64,000 nt of DNA, taken from assembly GCA_963664015.2 (NCBI GenBank), contig CAXXLF010000002.1, positions 224,001 to 288,000 on the forward strand, given 5' to 3'. Source of the DNA: Candidatus Binatia bacterium (GTDB lineage Bacteria > Desulfobacterota > Binatia > UBA9968 > CAXXLF01). The position numbers were made by a program, and so were the translations under genes. Under the pieces are notes generated by a model. That model did no database searches. It had not been told where the DNA came from and saw only the letters and a list, made by a program, of their open reading frames with translations. Below are positions 43,765 to 55,145 of the stretch, one piece after another (the first letter of the stretch is position 1; each line of letters starts with the position of its first letter).

Positions 43765-44925
43765 TCAGCAATTCCGCCCCCATCCTTTTCCGTGGGTATC
43801 TTTAGACATACGTTCTTTTTTAGGGTCACGGAACACATTCATCGGATCCTCTCCCAGCTCAACCTTCTGCAGGTTTTCCTCCAGTTGCTTTCTGTAGAGG
43901 ATGATCCCCTTGTCCGAGGTGCCCAGCCTTTCCTTGGTTCGATCCGCATTGGGTCCTTGCGTATACCACATGACCATGTCTTGCCCGCTATTATTGTCCA
44001 CTAGCGACCATTGAGCACGGCCGCGGGGACCGGCCGTGACCACCGGCACGTCGTAGACTTTTGTTCTGCTCTTCTCCTCTGTCTGAACCCCTTCGGATAA
44101 TGGCTTCGATTTATACCAAACGTGAAGCGTATTTTCGTCGTCTACGGGAACCCTAAATTGATAACCTACATTGGCGAGTATGTTGGGAAAAATGACTGGA
44201 TGCCCGATCCGATATTCCACGTCGTTTTCCGAACCACCGGTCCATACCCGGCGTTTGACCATCCCATATTCAAAGATATCGAAGTCCAATTTTACATGAT
44301 GCTTGACCGGGTGCTTCAACTCTGGTTTCCCGAGTCGCTCCAATACATAGTTGTCAAAATATCTGTGCAGCCACTCCACGTGGACAGGGTCAAGAGAGTT
44401 TTCCATGATTTGCAGCCAGTTACAGGGAATGACTGCAAACCCAACCGTCTGAATCGCGTTTTTCTTCACTAACTCATCCCAACGCGGCAGCAGAGGCACC
44501 GGCTCTGGGCCCAGATAAGCGAAAATCATTCCACCCAATTCCTGGACAGGATATGCAGGAATGGTGACTTTGTCTTTGAACTTACTGTCCGCACCTTCCA
44601 TATCTTTCCGCAGGTTGTTCCAGGCACTTCCCTTGCGCGTTATACAACCAACCGTGGTACGCGCACCGAAGGCCTTCCCTTCTCTGGTATCCCGTACATC
44701 ATCGATGCTCGGCGGTGTGGACAGGATTCACCGATGAGTCCCCAAACGTCCTCCCCTATCCCGATACAACACAAGGGATTCGCCAAGGATCTTTACTGCC
44801 TTAACGGGTTCCTCTTCGAGCTCAGGGCTTCCAGCAATGGGATACCAATAACGCCTCAGGAGTTTCCCCATGGGTGCATTCGGGCCTACTCGGGTTAGTC
44901 TTTCGTTTTCCGCTGCGGTAAGCAT
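43765..44925 (-). pseudogene. Rieske oxygenase alpha subunit, frameshifted across the Rieske domain
   Basis: MLTAAENERLTRVGP (44925), CPHRR and CAYHG lie in different frames. The C-terminal part has DPVH..LH. Confidence 0.85.
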
Positions 44926-45029
44926 GACGGGATCCTCCTACTGGAAATCTTGGCGATTAACCAAGATCTGGATAATCGGCAATCGTTCAAAGTGCCCGAT
45001 TATATTGGTTTAACAAAGAAAATCAAACC

Positions 45030-45481
45030 CCGGCGGTGGTGCCAATATACTAACACCCCATCCAATTCGTGCCACCACGGGGCTGGGAATTAATTGATAT
45101 CGACATCCTCTCCCAAATGCACCTCTTCCTGGCAGGGCCCGCCTTCAACCAACTGGAGAGGCACCGGATTGGCTTTTCCGGCCTGGATCGTTTCATAGAT
45201 CTTCTGCTCATCAACATCCTTGCCAAAGGCGACTGCCAGTTGTTCAGTCGTAGACAGGATATTGGATAGGAATCGCATCCCCGGGTAACCTTTACTGTTC
45301 TCAAACATAAGGCCCGGTCCCCGGAGCTTCAGCCCGCGCACACAGATCGCCCCTAATTCGTGTTTTAGGTCCACCTCTGCTTTGACGTGTTTGAGAAGCC
45401 CAGAATATTCCAGAAGCTTCAAGTAGACCCTCAGATCTCATAGGCGACACGCTGTTTTTCAAGATCCATTGCTTTGGACAT
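45030..45481 (-). pseudogene. UbiD-family decarboxylase N-terminal remnant
   Basis: DLRVYLKLLE..GLLKHVKAEVD..HELGAI..GPGLMFEN.KGY..SNIL, then truncated. Confidence 0.75.
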
Positions 45482-45532
45482 ATTTTCCTCCCCGAACTAT
45501 TGATCCTGTAATCACCTCCTCATATTGACAGC

Positions 45533-46560
45533 TTATCGCACCCTTCCGAAAAGATTGTCGGGAATTTCAGTACCCAATCCTTTACGTTTCGCTGCCTCCA
45601 AAACTATTTTACCTGCCGCGGCGAACTGGATACCCATTCCCGTATTGTTCTTATAGTAAACAATCTGCCGGTCCGTGGTCCGTCCAGGGACCTTCCCTGC
45701 AATCAGGTCTTTGAGCTCCACCACTCGCCCCCAAGGAATCTTCCCGTTATTAATTAACGTCAAAAGCTCCCCTTGTTTGTTGTCTAGCAGGGTGGCCTTA
45801 TCGCTGATTGCGATTAACTCGCTTTTTAAAAAGGTCGCCTGGTCGACTTCGTCACTTCTGCTAACATGGTCAGTGTTTCGTATACTTACAACCGTTTGGC
45901 CTTCCTTGATTAGATTTCCCATTGAATACCGGATAGTCAGAACTGGTAAAGCATCCTATGATATCTACATCCGTGACGCAGGAGGCGCTGCTATCGACCG
46001 GCATGACGGGCGTTCCCAGGCGCGTTTCCATTTCCCTAGCAAACTTAATTCGATGTTCCACATTAGGACTGTAAACCTTGACGCGGGTGATCTTTCTGAC
46101 CAAACACATGGCTTCGAGATTCGAGCTGGCTTGTCCTACCACTCCCCTAGAATACCGATAGAGCTCGCATCCTCCCGTGCCAGTCTCTTGATGGCGATAC
46201 CGGTCGTAGCACCGACTCTCAGATCCGAGATAATGCCATCCATTAGCATCCCCAGCAGTTTTCCGGTTTCCAGATCAAAGAGTACAATAAATCCCCACCC
46301 TCCGACGGCGCTTACGGCACGGATTTCACTAGGATTTTTTTTCCGGCGTGGCCAAGAATTCAGCCGCACAGCAGAAACCCCGTAACTAGGAACGGCGCCT
46401 GCTATAACATTGGTCATGTGGAACCGGGTGTCATCCAGCGCAACCTGATACCGTTGGCGTGGATGGATTGCGGCTGCTCCCTGACCGAATTCGAGGTAGG
46501 CCTGTTCCATGGCCTGGACGTATTCCTTCATGGGAACGAGCCCCTGAGATCTCTGGGTCA
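45533..46560 (-). pseudogene. Ornithine cyclodeaminase/mu-crystallin family, frameshifted
   Basis: LFDLETG, LRVGATTG, LAREDAS, VKVYSP and NNTGMGIQFAA across three frames. Confidence 0.85.
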
Positions 46561-46567
46561 GTCAGAA

Positions 46568-47782
46568 CTAAGGGCATCGTTCCAACCCCGCGACGTATTC
46601 CTTCCAGTCTGTGGAACTCGGAATCACCTCTCCCCGGGTGATCAGCTGGGATATCCGGTTAGCCTTCGGATCGCGAAACACATGGGGTGCTTCCCGTCCT
46701 TCCTGGACGTCCTTGATCGCGTTTAATAGAAGCTTGCGAGCGGCAAGGATGGCCTTATCGGAAGAGATCAAGTGCTCCTTTGTCCGATCCTCGATTTGTC
46801 CCGCCCCCTCAACCACACAAAGGTCATGGGCCTGGAAGACCATCCCGATTCCCGTGTAGCTCTTGTCAACCATGGACTCTCTATCCTGGAGGTAACGATT
46901 GGCCTTATTTCGAATCGATTTGTAATCCGGTGTCATCTCGCTCCGCCCACGCCGGGCCACCTCTTTATCGAGCGGCTTCGTGCGATCGAACGTAAAGGTG
47001 TATTTCCAATGGTGCGTGTCATCGATGGGGACATGCCAGTTGACACTATAGCCGTCTCGCGAAATCCCTCCGGGAAAGGTACTCAGATTGGGATAGACAA
47101 AGTTGGAGACCCTTAAATAGGTTTGATCGGTTCCTGCATTACGGAGCGTGCAGATCCTGACTCCAAAGTCGACCACCTCAACCTCGACCTTGGGTACAAG
47201 ATCCCGCTCGGTCAGATCACCGGCGTTAATCCTTCGATGCAAGAACGAGAGATGTACCGAATCGATATTCCCCTCATTGCCCTGGAGGTAGTTGCTATCG
47301 TTGAGTAGCTTTATGGAAAAGACATGGCTACCGGGTACGGTCAAAAACTCATAGTTGGGAAGCAAAGGGGGCTCACCGGGCCCCAAATAGGCAAAGATTA
47401 CGCCGGCCCTTTCAACGCACGGGTAAGCGGGGTGGCGAATGGAAGCTTTATGTTCTCCCCCTCCAGGCTCTCCCGGTTGATCAAGACAATTGCCATGTAT
47501 GTCATAAAGCCATCCGTGGTAAATACACCTCAACCCGCCGTCCTCGACCCGGCCATAACTCAAGTCTGCCCCCCGGTGGGAGCAGTGGATTCCCAGCAAA
47601 CCGGGGCGGCCCTGGTCGTCTCGGAAAACCACCAGCTCCTCTCCCAGCAGGCGAACAGGCACGGGTGCCCCACCGGCAGGTAACTCTTCCGAAAGGGCTG
47701 CCGGTTGCCAATATCTCCGAATCAGATCCCCACAGGGGGTACCCGCATCCGTGTGGGTTAATACATCGGCTTCATGTTCCAT
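46568..47782 (-). CDS. Rieske oxygenase alpha subunit
   Basis: CSH...CIYH, EGNIDSVHLSFLH and AHD motifs. Confidence 0.92.
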   Translation of the reverse strand: MEHEADVLTHTDAGTPCGDLIRRYWQPAALSEELPAGGAPVPVRLLGEELVVFRDDQGRPGLLGIHCSHRGADLSYGRVEDGGLRCIYHGWLYDIHGNCLDQPGEPGGGEHKASIRHPAYPCVERAGVIFAYLGPGEPPLLPNYEFLTVPGSHVFSIKLLNDSNYLQGNEGNIDSVHLSFLHRRINAGDLTERDLVPKVEVEVVDFGVRICTLRNAGTDQTYLRVSNFVYPNLSTFPGGISRDGYSVNWHVPIDDTHHWKYTFTFDRTKPLDKEVARRGRSEMTPDYKSIRNKANRYLQDRESMVDKSYTGIGMVFQAHDLCVVEGAGQIEDRTKEHLISSDKAILAARKLLLNAIKDVQEGREAPHVFRDPKANRISQLITRGEVIPSSTDWKEYVAGLERCP

Positions 47783-47854
47783 AGCATTACCCTCAGATCA
47801 CTATTTTTCTTTGCGCCAACACTTCATTGAATAGTTTGATCATGGATCCCATCT

Positions 47855-48061
47855 CTATCCACTCAGGACGACTATCGACCTCCAGATACTCAACCTCTTA
47901 AATCCGTCGAGTCTCCAGCGGCAACCGTCCTTTCCCCAATTATCCTTCCACCCGGCAAAGGCGGGTTCCAGAAAGTCGGAAAGGCTAAGTAAGAATGATA
48001 AAAATTGCGAACCCCAAGAACAGTGGATGGATTGCACCCAAAAAACTTAAAGAAGAATCAT
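47855..48061 (-). pseudogene. SBP signal-peptide/N-terminal remnant
   Basis: Hydrophobic leader then PAFAGWKDNW, like AGWEDDWKK of the SBP at 42170. Confidence 0.45.
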
Positions 48062-48092
48062 GGTTCCTTTTCCCTGTGGATGAGGTCTTCAT

Positions 48093-49162
48093 TTACAGTC
48101 CGTACAGGGCCTGAGGATTGAACGTCAGAACCTTTTCCTTGACACGTAGTGGAAGGTCCTCGCGCTTCATAATGGCTTCCGCCAATTGATCTTCATGGGA
48201 CGCGTCCGAATGAGGATAGTCGGACGCCACGACTAGAGCGTCCTCCCCGATCCATTTGATGAGGTAATCGATATCCTCATCGGCTTCGCAGGCGATATAG
48301 GCTCTCCCCTCACGAAAATAGTCCGCCGGATCTTTACCTTTGATTCGCCTTCGCCTTATCTGGTGCAATACATAGGGAATCCACTGGGAACCTGCCTCTA
48401 AGAAAGCAAATCTTAATCCCGGCACGGCTTCCATCACGCCTGAGGTAAGAACGCTAAAAAACCCATAAGTACCGGTAAGACAGCACTGTTAAAGCTGTCC
48501 TGGGCATAGAAGGCATCGGTAATTGCCGGACATCCCCAACCAAAGTGAATGCAGATGGGCAGACTCAAGGCCGCTGCCTCCTGGTAGAAAGGAATTAGCT
48601 GCTCATCACCCAGGCTTCTATCCCAAGCCACCCCAAGGAGCATTACAGAAACGGCACCTAGCTCCTTGGCCCTACGCAGCTCTTTCCTGGATTCCTCAAT
48701 GTCCCGGATTGGTACCAGTGCGGCAAATCGCAACCGTCCACCGGAACTGGAACAGGCCTGGGCAAGAAAACTGTTATACGCCCGGATCAACGCCGCTTCT
48801 AATTTTAAATCCTCAGCTGTCGTTGCCAGGAACATGGTGGGATAGATCACCTGCTTGTCTATTCCCGCCGTATCGAGATCCTTCAGCCTGGCCTCGACGT
48901 CGGTGAGTTCCTGGGCGGGTATAGAAGCAGCTTTACGCTTGGCCTGCTCCATGATCGTAGGGGTGGCAAAGCGGAATCCGCCCTTGCCGACAAATTTAGG
49001 GAAGCTCCTACCGTCTAGCAGCCAAATTGCATTGTTCGGACCATAAACCGTGTCCTGACCGAATCCCAAAGGTAGGGGTCTGCGCGGAAAATACTCCTTC
49101 TCAAGGAGATCGAACATTGCAGTCGATTCTTCTATATGGCCATCGGCATCGATCACATTCAT
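48093..49162 (-). pseudogene. Amidohydrolase_2, frameshifted near 48440
   Basis: IDADGH...CIH in 48434-49162. FLEAG..W and ASDYPH in 48093-48437. Confidence 0.85.
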
Positions 49163-49201
49163 TCCTAATTCCTCCTAATATTCGTCTCCAATTGGTCCCG
49201 C

Positions 49202-49960
49202 TCAGCCTATAAACACTCTGCCGCCGTCAACATTAATCACTTGCCCCGTAATCATATCGCTGTCGTCTGATGCCAGGAAGGCAATGACGCCTTCAAGGTC
49301 TTTGGGGAGTAGCTGCCTCTGAATGTACCTGCCACTTTGACTATTCACCGGAAGTTGCCTCGGCGCCTCCCCCCTCGCCTCCGATGCCTCGACACCTGCC
49401 GGGGTCACCACATTGACATTGATGTTATGAGGACCAAGATCCACAGCCAGAGCTCTTGTGAAACCAATGACCCCGGCCTTGGAAGCCGCATAATCCTGCC
49501 TGAGGGCTGTTCCGTGCAGGGCGACTCCCGAACTGATGTTGATCACCTTTCCTTTGCCGGTTTGGATGATATAGGGAGCAAAGGCCTTGCTGGCCAGAAA
49601 TGTCCCTGTTAGGTTAACATTGATAATCCGGTTCCATTCGGAGAGCGTCAAATCCTGTAGAGGTATTCGCTGGACGTTTCTGACGATCCCCGCATTGTTT
49701 ACCAGAATGTCGATCCGTTTAAAGGTGTCAAAAGTCAATTTGGCACCCTTCACCGTCTCGTCTTCCGAAGTCACATCCATTTTTATGGCAATTGCCTTTC
49801 TCCCTTTCTCGCGAACCAAGTCCGCCGTCTTCTCCACTCCCTCCTTGTTTATGTCGGCAACACAGACATCTGCCCCTTCCGATGCTAAACGCAACGCGTA
49901 TATCTTTCCCAAACCGGTCGCTGCACCGGTAACTACAGCAACCCTACCTTGCAATCCCAT
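49202..49960 (-). CDS. Short-chain dehydrogenase/reductase
   Basis: VTGAATGLG, NNAG, YAASK and TGQVINVDGG motifs. Start MGLQG follows GGGAGG. Confidence 0.92.
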   Translation of the reverse strand: MGLQGRVAVVTGAATGLGKIYALRLASEGADVCVADINKEGVEKTADLVREKGRKAIAIKMDVTSEDETVKGAKLTFDTFKRIDILVNNAGIVRNVQRIPLQDLTLSEWNRIINVNLTGTFLASKAFAPYIIQTGKGKVINISSGVALHGTALRQDYAASKAGVIGFTRALAVDLGPHNINVNVVTPAGVEASEARGEAPRQLPVNSQSGRYIQRQLLPKDLEGVIAFLASDDSDMITGQVINVDGGRVFIG

Positions 49961-49977
49961 GGTAAGAATCCTCCCTT

Positions 49978-50310
49978 TTAAGGAGCCATTCGGCGTTGAG
50001 CCGACTCCTTTTCCCCGCATATCACCGCTTCCGTACCCTGTTTCCAGAGACAATCGACCTGATTTAAACCCGCACCTTTAAGAAAGTCAAATAACTGTTC
50101 TACGGTTGAGGCTCCGTGGTTCGTGCCAAAAATACGTCCCCGATTCCGCCTACCACTCTGCTCTCTAGTGAAATCCTCTTCCTTCCACCCTAGTTCCACC
50201 AACTCCCGTTGCCCCATCGCTTTGTATCGAGTGGATAAAAATTCTGTAGGTGGTTTTGCCCGGTCACCTACCATCAGAACACCTCCCGCTTCCCGCCGTT
50301 TGTCGCTGGC
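49978..50310 (-). pseudogene. Class I SAM methyltransferase C-terminal remnant
   Basis: STVEQLFDFLKGAGLNQVDCLWKQGTEAVICGEK resembles a CmoA-like MTase C-terminus. The N-terminus is missing. Confidence 0.5.
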
Positions 50311-50318
50311 CGGAAGCT

Positions 50319-51437
50319 CTACTTATCTTCCTTGTACTCCCACTGGTAGTCTAGATCCCGGTAGGCCTCGTCCACCATGATGGACTTCAATCCTCGCTTG
50401 CCGAGTTCTTCTTCAAACTTCTGTCTAATCCAGGGTTCCTCGCTTGGGTATTCGATCTGGTCGGCTTCCCGATTTTCGATCCTCTCCCCTGTTCCTCGAA
50501 TTACCCGGGGCGCATGCCAGGCCAGATACCTCGCCGGTTCCGCCCCGACGTTGAAATGCTGGTGGAACCACCTGTTCGGCGGGACAAAGACGCTTGCCTC
50601 ATGCCACGGAATCACGACCTTTTCCCCTCCCTCCGGCCACATGACCGAATAGCCTTCCCCTGCAGGGATCACGATCACCACGCCGGGTCCATGTCTGTGG
50701 GCCTTCTTGTAACTCTTCGAAGGAAACACCGACATGTGGCTGTACATGGGAGACTTGGGAAAACGGATCCAGACCGCATGACCACCGGCCCCCCTTCCCC
50801 GCATAGGTTGAAGCTTGTCCCAGGAACGCATATCGGGAAAAAAGTTGCCGTACCAAACGTTCATCTCTTGGCCCGGCGGCGAACCAGGGCGGCTCACGAC
50901 CCGCGCTTGAGCGTAATAGTCACTTCCGTTGTTACCGTAAAGGGTGTCCGTATCCACAAATGGATTGTTCATGAAAAAGTCCGGATTCCCCAAAATCCCC
51001 ATGGCTACCGGGAGGTAGGAGTAGTGCAGTAACCTTGCCGGTTGATTCCCCTGGGCATTGCCCAATTGATAATAATACCCCCCTGGGATCATGAACATAC
51101 TGCCTTTCTGCCACTCAAAAGTCTTCTTGGGTTTCCCCTCGGCCCAGATATGGGTAAGTCCCCTCCCCTCGACCACGTAAATCACCTCGTCGAGCGCCAT
51201 CCGATACGGTTCAATCGTCTTTGCCGGAGGGACTTCGGTAACATAGGCCTGCGCCACTCCTTCCTGTCCGGTCAATTGAAGAAAGGCCCCGTTGCAACCA
51301 CGGGCGTCCCAGGAACCGAGCTCCAGGGTCCTCAAATCCTCAATGTAGTACCCTCCATGAATCGGGATATTCTGCTTCTCCATCCAATGATCGTAAGGTG
51401 TCGTACCACTCCAAAAGTCCAATACGTTATCTGCCAT
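50319..51437 (-). CDS. Bicupin protein
   Basis: First cupin DEVIYVVEGRG (His-less). Second cupin KAHRHGPG...WFHQHFN. Confidence 0.87.
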   Translation of the reverse strand: MADNVLDFWSGTTPYDHWMEKQNIPIHGGYYIEDLRTLELGSWDARGCNGAFLQLTGQEGVAQAYVTEVPPAKTIEPYRMALDEVIYVVEGRGLTHIWAEGKPKKTFEWQKGSMFMIPGGYYYQLGNAQGNQPARLLHYSYLPVAMGILGNPDFFMNNPFVDTDTLYGNNGSDYYAQARVVSRPGSPPGQEMNVWYGNFFPDMRSWDKLQPMRGRGAGGHAVWIRFPKSPMYSHMSVFPSKSYKKAHRHGPGVVIVIPAGEGYSVMWPEGGEKVVIPWHEASVFVPPNRWFHQHFNVGAEPARYLAWHAPRVIRGTGERIENREADQIEYPSEEPWIRQKFEEELGKRGLKSIMVDEAYRDLDYQWEYKEDK

Positions 51438-51520
51438 TTGTGAAATCCTCCTTGGTAAACACTAATGTATTCTTGAGCTAGCCTCAGTTTGTAGCGATGC
51501 CGCCCAAGCCGAAATACGAG

Positions 51521-52608
51521 TCAATCCATTCTTCCGTAAAGTCTCATAGGATTATCTATCAGTAACTTCTCCAACAATCCGTTCGACAAGTCCCCCCTAC
51601 CACGAAACACCTTTTCGACGTATTCGTGTCTCGATGAATCCCCATGGGGGATATCGCTGGCGGCAACCAACCAGTCTTCTCCGAGTTTATCGACAAGATA
51701 AGGCAGGTCCTCATCGGGTTCGCAGGAAGCAAAGAGCCGGCCCTCGTCAAAGAGTTTCCGGAGATGCCCTTTACCACCACGGGCTAAAGTAGACAACGCC
51801 GGGACCATCCATTCGGAGCCCACCTCCAAAAACACGCACCGAAGACCTTGGAAGTCCGCCATAAGACCGAATTCGAGAATGCTGTAAAAACCATACTGGC
51901 ATGTTAGCGAGCTGACCAGTTTAGAGGAACGGGGGGGAGGTGTGACGGCTCGCCAGGCAACCTGGGAATCCCCTCGAACATACCGTTTATGGTCGGACTA
52001 CCACGACCGATGTGGACGGTGATGGCCAGATCCTGCCGCTCGGCCTCCTCGAATATAGGACGAAAGGAGGGATGGCTGAGCGGCTTGTCCCATTCCAGCC
52101 CACGGGCAAAGACGCCTACGACGCCACCCAGTTCCGCCACTCGTCGAATCTCCTCCACCGCCTTGTCCGGTCGCCGGAAGGGGATAACCGCCGCATACCA
52201 AAGCCGACCCGATGACGCGATGCATTGCCGGGACAGAAACTCGTTGTAACTGCGCGCCAAGGCCAATTCGAGCTCCGGATCTTCCGCGAGACACGCCATC
52301 CAGATGGTGGGATAAATGACCTGTTTTTTGATGCCGAAGCGGTCGAGATCAGCCAGCCGGGCCTGGACATCCGTAATCTCCTGAGAAGCAACCACCATGC
52401 CCTTGGACTCGGCGCGCTTGGCAGTCGTTGGCGTTGCTCCCACATGGCGTATTTTCTGGTCGATTACCCAAAAGGCATTGTTCCATTCGAAAGAGGTATC
52501 CGTTGGAACCGTGACCGGGATCGGGCGCCTGGAGTCAAATTCCGGATCAAGGTATTGCCATGTCTGGAGGGACTCCATCACATGGGCGTCGGCATCGATG
52601 ACTACCAT
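51521..52608 (-). pseudogene. Amidohydrolase_2, frameshifted at a G-run near 51930
   Basis: IDADAH...TVH in 51904-52608. FLEVG..W and ASDIPH in 51521-51862. Confidence 0.85.
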
Positions 52609-52626
52609 TGAGGCCTCCAGCCTAGC

Positions 52627-53562
52627 CTATTGATAAAGGCGATCGATGTAACCGCTGTCATCGATTTCGCGCAAGTAGTGCAGATCCCACAGAGCGAGGG
52701 GATTAAAACTCGCCACCTCCGGTTTGATTTTTACGGCCAACGCGAAGACGTTTTGAATCGCTTCCATCGTAGGGTAAGGCTTCGGCTCAAGCCTGTCCGC
52801 CTGGGCATGATAAAACACATCCATCTCCTCGTCGGTCTGAAGCTTGAGCTGCTTGCGGCAGGTCTTGTCGATGATTTCCATGGTAGCGTCCTTTTGGGTC
52901 CGGAAAAAATGGATGCCATCAACCAACGCGTGAAGCAGAGCTCTTACTTCCTCTTCGTGGCTGTTGACATAAGTCGTCGTCGTGGTGAGTGTCACTCCTT
53001 CGATCATGGCCATGGTGGGGACTTCGATCACGTTGGCCCCGATGGACTTGGCACGTAGCTGCTCAACCGCCCTTACAAATGTCGCATCGTACTCACCGGC
53101 CATGACCTTTTGCACACGCTCACCACCATTCAGATCCGCCCCCACCAGCTCGACGTCCTTACCCTCTTCCAGCCCGTTGAGGTGGAGATATAGCCATACG
53201 TTCAACCCCGTATGACTGGTAAAGTCATCCATCACGACCCGTTTGCCTTTCAGGTCGGCCAGCCCTTTGATCCCGGGGGTCCCAACCATGAAGTGCTCTC
53301 CCCAAAAGTTACCCGGCTCTGCAAGGTGGACAAAGGGCTCACCGTTGAGGAACCGTCGTGAGTACAGATTGTGGTGGTTGCCCGAAATGATATCCAGATC
53401 CCCCGCTCTCAGGCCCTCCATGGCGCGAGTTCGCATTCCCACCATAGATCCCAAGTCGATCTCCAGACCATGTTTTTCCAAGAACCCTTTCTCTTCCATC
53501 ACCTTCCATAGGGGCACGTGGCTCGGTGCCCGGTAAAAAATTCGAACCTTTTTATTGGCCAT
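52627..53562 (-). CDS. NitT/TauT/THI5-like binding-protein-fold protein without signal peptide
   Basis: EKGFLEKHGLEI, GIKGLADLKGKR and GL..GKDVELV motifs. The N-terminus MANKKVRIFY has no hydrophobic leader. Confidence 0.8.
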   Translation of the reverse strand: MANKKVRIFYRAPSHVPLWKVMEEKGFLEKHGLEIDLGSMVGMRTRAMEGLRAGDLDIISGNHHNLYSRRFLNGEPFVHLAEPGNFWGEHFMVGTPGIKGLADLKGKRVVMDDFTSHTGLNVWLYLHLNGLEEGKDVELVGADLNGGERVQKVMAGEYDATFVRAVEQLRAKSIGANVIEVPTMAMIEGVTLTTTTTYVNSHEEEVRALLHALVDGIHFFRTQKDATMEIIDKTCRKQLKLQTDEEMDVFYHAQADRLEPKPYPTMEAIQNVFALAVKIKPEVASFNPLALWDLHYLREIDDSGYIDRLYQ

Positions 53563-53713
53563 ATTGTTTCCTCTCTAGACTTGATAGTGCCCGGTAAAGT
53601 ACACCAATTAGGTGGCCATCATCAAGGGCTAAGAATCAACCCGTGGCATTGAGGTTATCCGCCGATTTATGGAAAGAACCTTTGGGAATCGAGAGAGGAA
53701 TGAGTGGTCATCA

Positions 53714-53785
53714 CCAAAGAAGGGCCGACCCTAACTCCTCACCGCGAACTTATTCGGTTTGAGGAGATGGGCGGCCCTTCTTTGG
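53714..53785. terminator. Long imperfect hairpin downstream of Rieske gene
   Basis: ccaaagaagggccg / cggcccttctttgg outer arms plus a ctcctca / tgaggag inner stem. Confidence 0.55.
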
Positions 53786-53804
53786 CTTCTTATCTTACTT
53801 CAAA

Positions 53805-54977
53805 TTATATTGAAACTTCGGTGAGGCGGTATTCGGGCCTTCCCTCGGGACCGCGCAGGGATTCCATGAGCTTGGTATCGATCATCTCATCCGAGTCCCT
53901 GACAATACCTTTGGGGTCTTGCCCCTCTTCCACTTTCTTGATGTTTTCCAATATCATATTTCTCAGCATCACGACCCCATTATCCGATGTGGCCAGTCGC
54001 TCGTTGGTCCGATCGGCGATGGGCCCCTGGGTCTCCCATGCCATGTGATCCTGGGCCTGGACCTCCTTACTGATATCGAACCGGGTAAACGGGTGGAGGG
54101 TATCGGGCGGGTCCTTATAGGGTTTTATGTAGGTCGCCGGTGGGTCCCCGTCCTGCTCCACCATGCTTCCGTCCTGGGTCGCAAAGAAACGAACGAAGAA
54201 AATCTTCGTGTGGGTATCATCCATCGGCACTCTGATCTGAGTACAGTTGGACTGACGAAGAATATTGGGAAAGATCACCGGGTGCTCGTCAAGCTTCCCA
54301 TTCTTGTAGGTTCGTCTCTTAATAATCCCATAGGGGACCTCATACCATTCAAACTTCTCTACATCATCGGTAAAACCCCTCGTCGTGCTCACTGGAGTCC
54401 TATCCCGATTAGCCGTATTCTGGTGCAAGATCTGCAGATGGGCCGGGTCAACGGAATTCTCCATCGCCTGGACCCAGTTACAGTCGAGCCGAGGCTGAAT
54501 TAAAATTTTTCGCGTACCGTTTTTACGCACCCAAACATCATATTGAGGTATTCGGGGAGCCGGCTGGGGTCCCAGATAGGCCCAGTAAAGCCCGATAAAC
54601 CGTTCCACAGGATAGGCTTTCATCTTTACCGAATGCCTGAACTGGCTCTCGGAGGGTTCTGGTGGTGTTTCAAGGCAGGTCCCCTGTACGTCATAGAGCC
54701 ATCCGTGGTAGGCGCAAGCAATACCCCTCTCTTCGACTCTGCCGTACACGAGGGAAGCGCCTCGATGGGCACAGCGGTCTTCGATGAGACCGACCCGCCC
54801 GCTCTTGTCTTTGAAGAGCACCAGATCTTCGCCTAGAATTTTGATAAACTGGGTGGGGTTCTCCTCTGTCAACTCGGCAGCGACCGCGATGGGAAACCAG
54901 TAGCGACGCAAAAAGTTGCCGCCCGGTGTGCCGGCACCAACCCTTGTTAACCTCTCGTTTTCTTCTTTGGTCAGCAT
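53805..54977 (-). CDS. Rieske oxygenase alpha subunit
   Basis: CAH...CAYH, ENSVDPAHLQILH and AQDHMAWETQG motifs. Confidence 0.93.
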   Translation of the reverse strand: MLTKEENERLTRVGAGTPGGNFLRRYWFPIAVAAELTEENPTQFIKILGEDLVLFKDKSGRVGLIEDRCAHRGASLVYGRVEERGIACAYHGWLYDVQGTCLETPPEPSESQFRHSVKMKAYPVERFIGLYWAYLGPQPAPRIPQYDVWVRKNGTRKILIQPRLDCNWVQAMENSVDPAHLQILHQNTANRDRTPVSTTRGFTDDVEKFEWYEVPYGIIKRRTYKNGKLDEHPVIFPNILRQSNCTQIRVPMDDTHTKIFFVRFFATQDGSMVEQDGDPPATYIKPYKDPPDTLHPFTRFDISKEVQAQDHMAWETQGPIADRTNERLATSDNGVVMLRNMILENIKKVEEGQDPKGIVRDSDEMIDTKLMESLRGPEGRPEYRLTEVSI

Positions 54978-55145
54978 AGGATTCGCCTCCCCTATTTTAA
55001 GTACTGTGACCTTCGTTCCCGGAGCCCCTCAGTCGGAACTGAACTTGACCGAGAATTGAATTGTCACAGGTTTCCAACAGCTTACACCTTTATTTACGAC
55101 TGTCAACGGCAAAGCCGCCGGTCTTGGTTGGCCACGCCCTACCGA

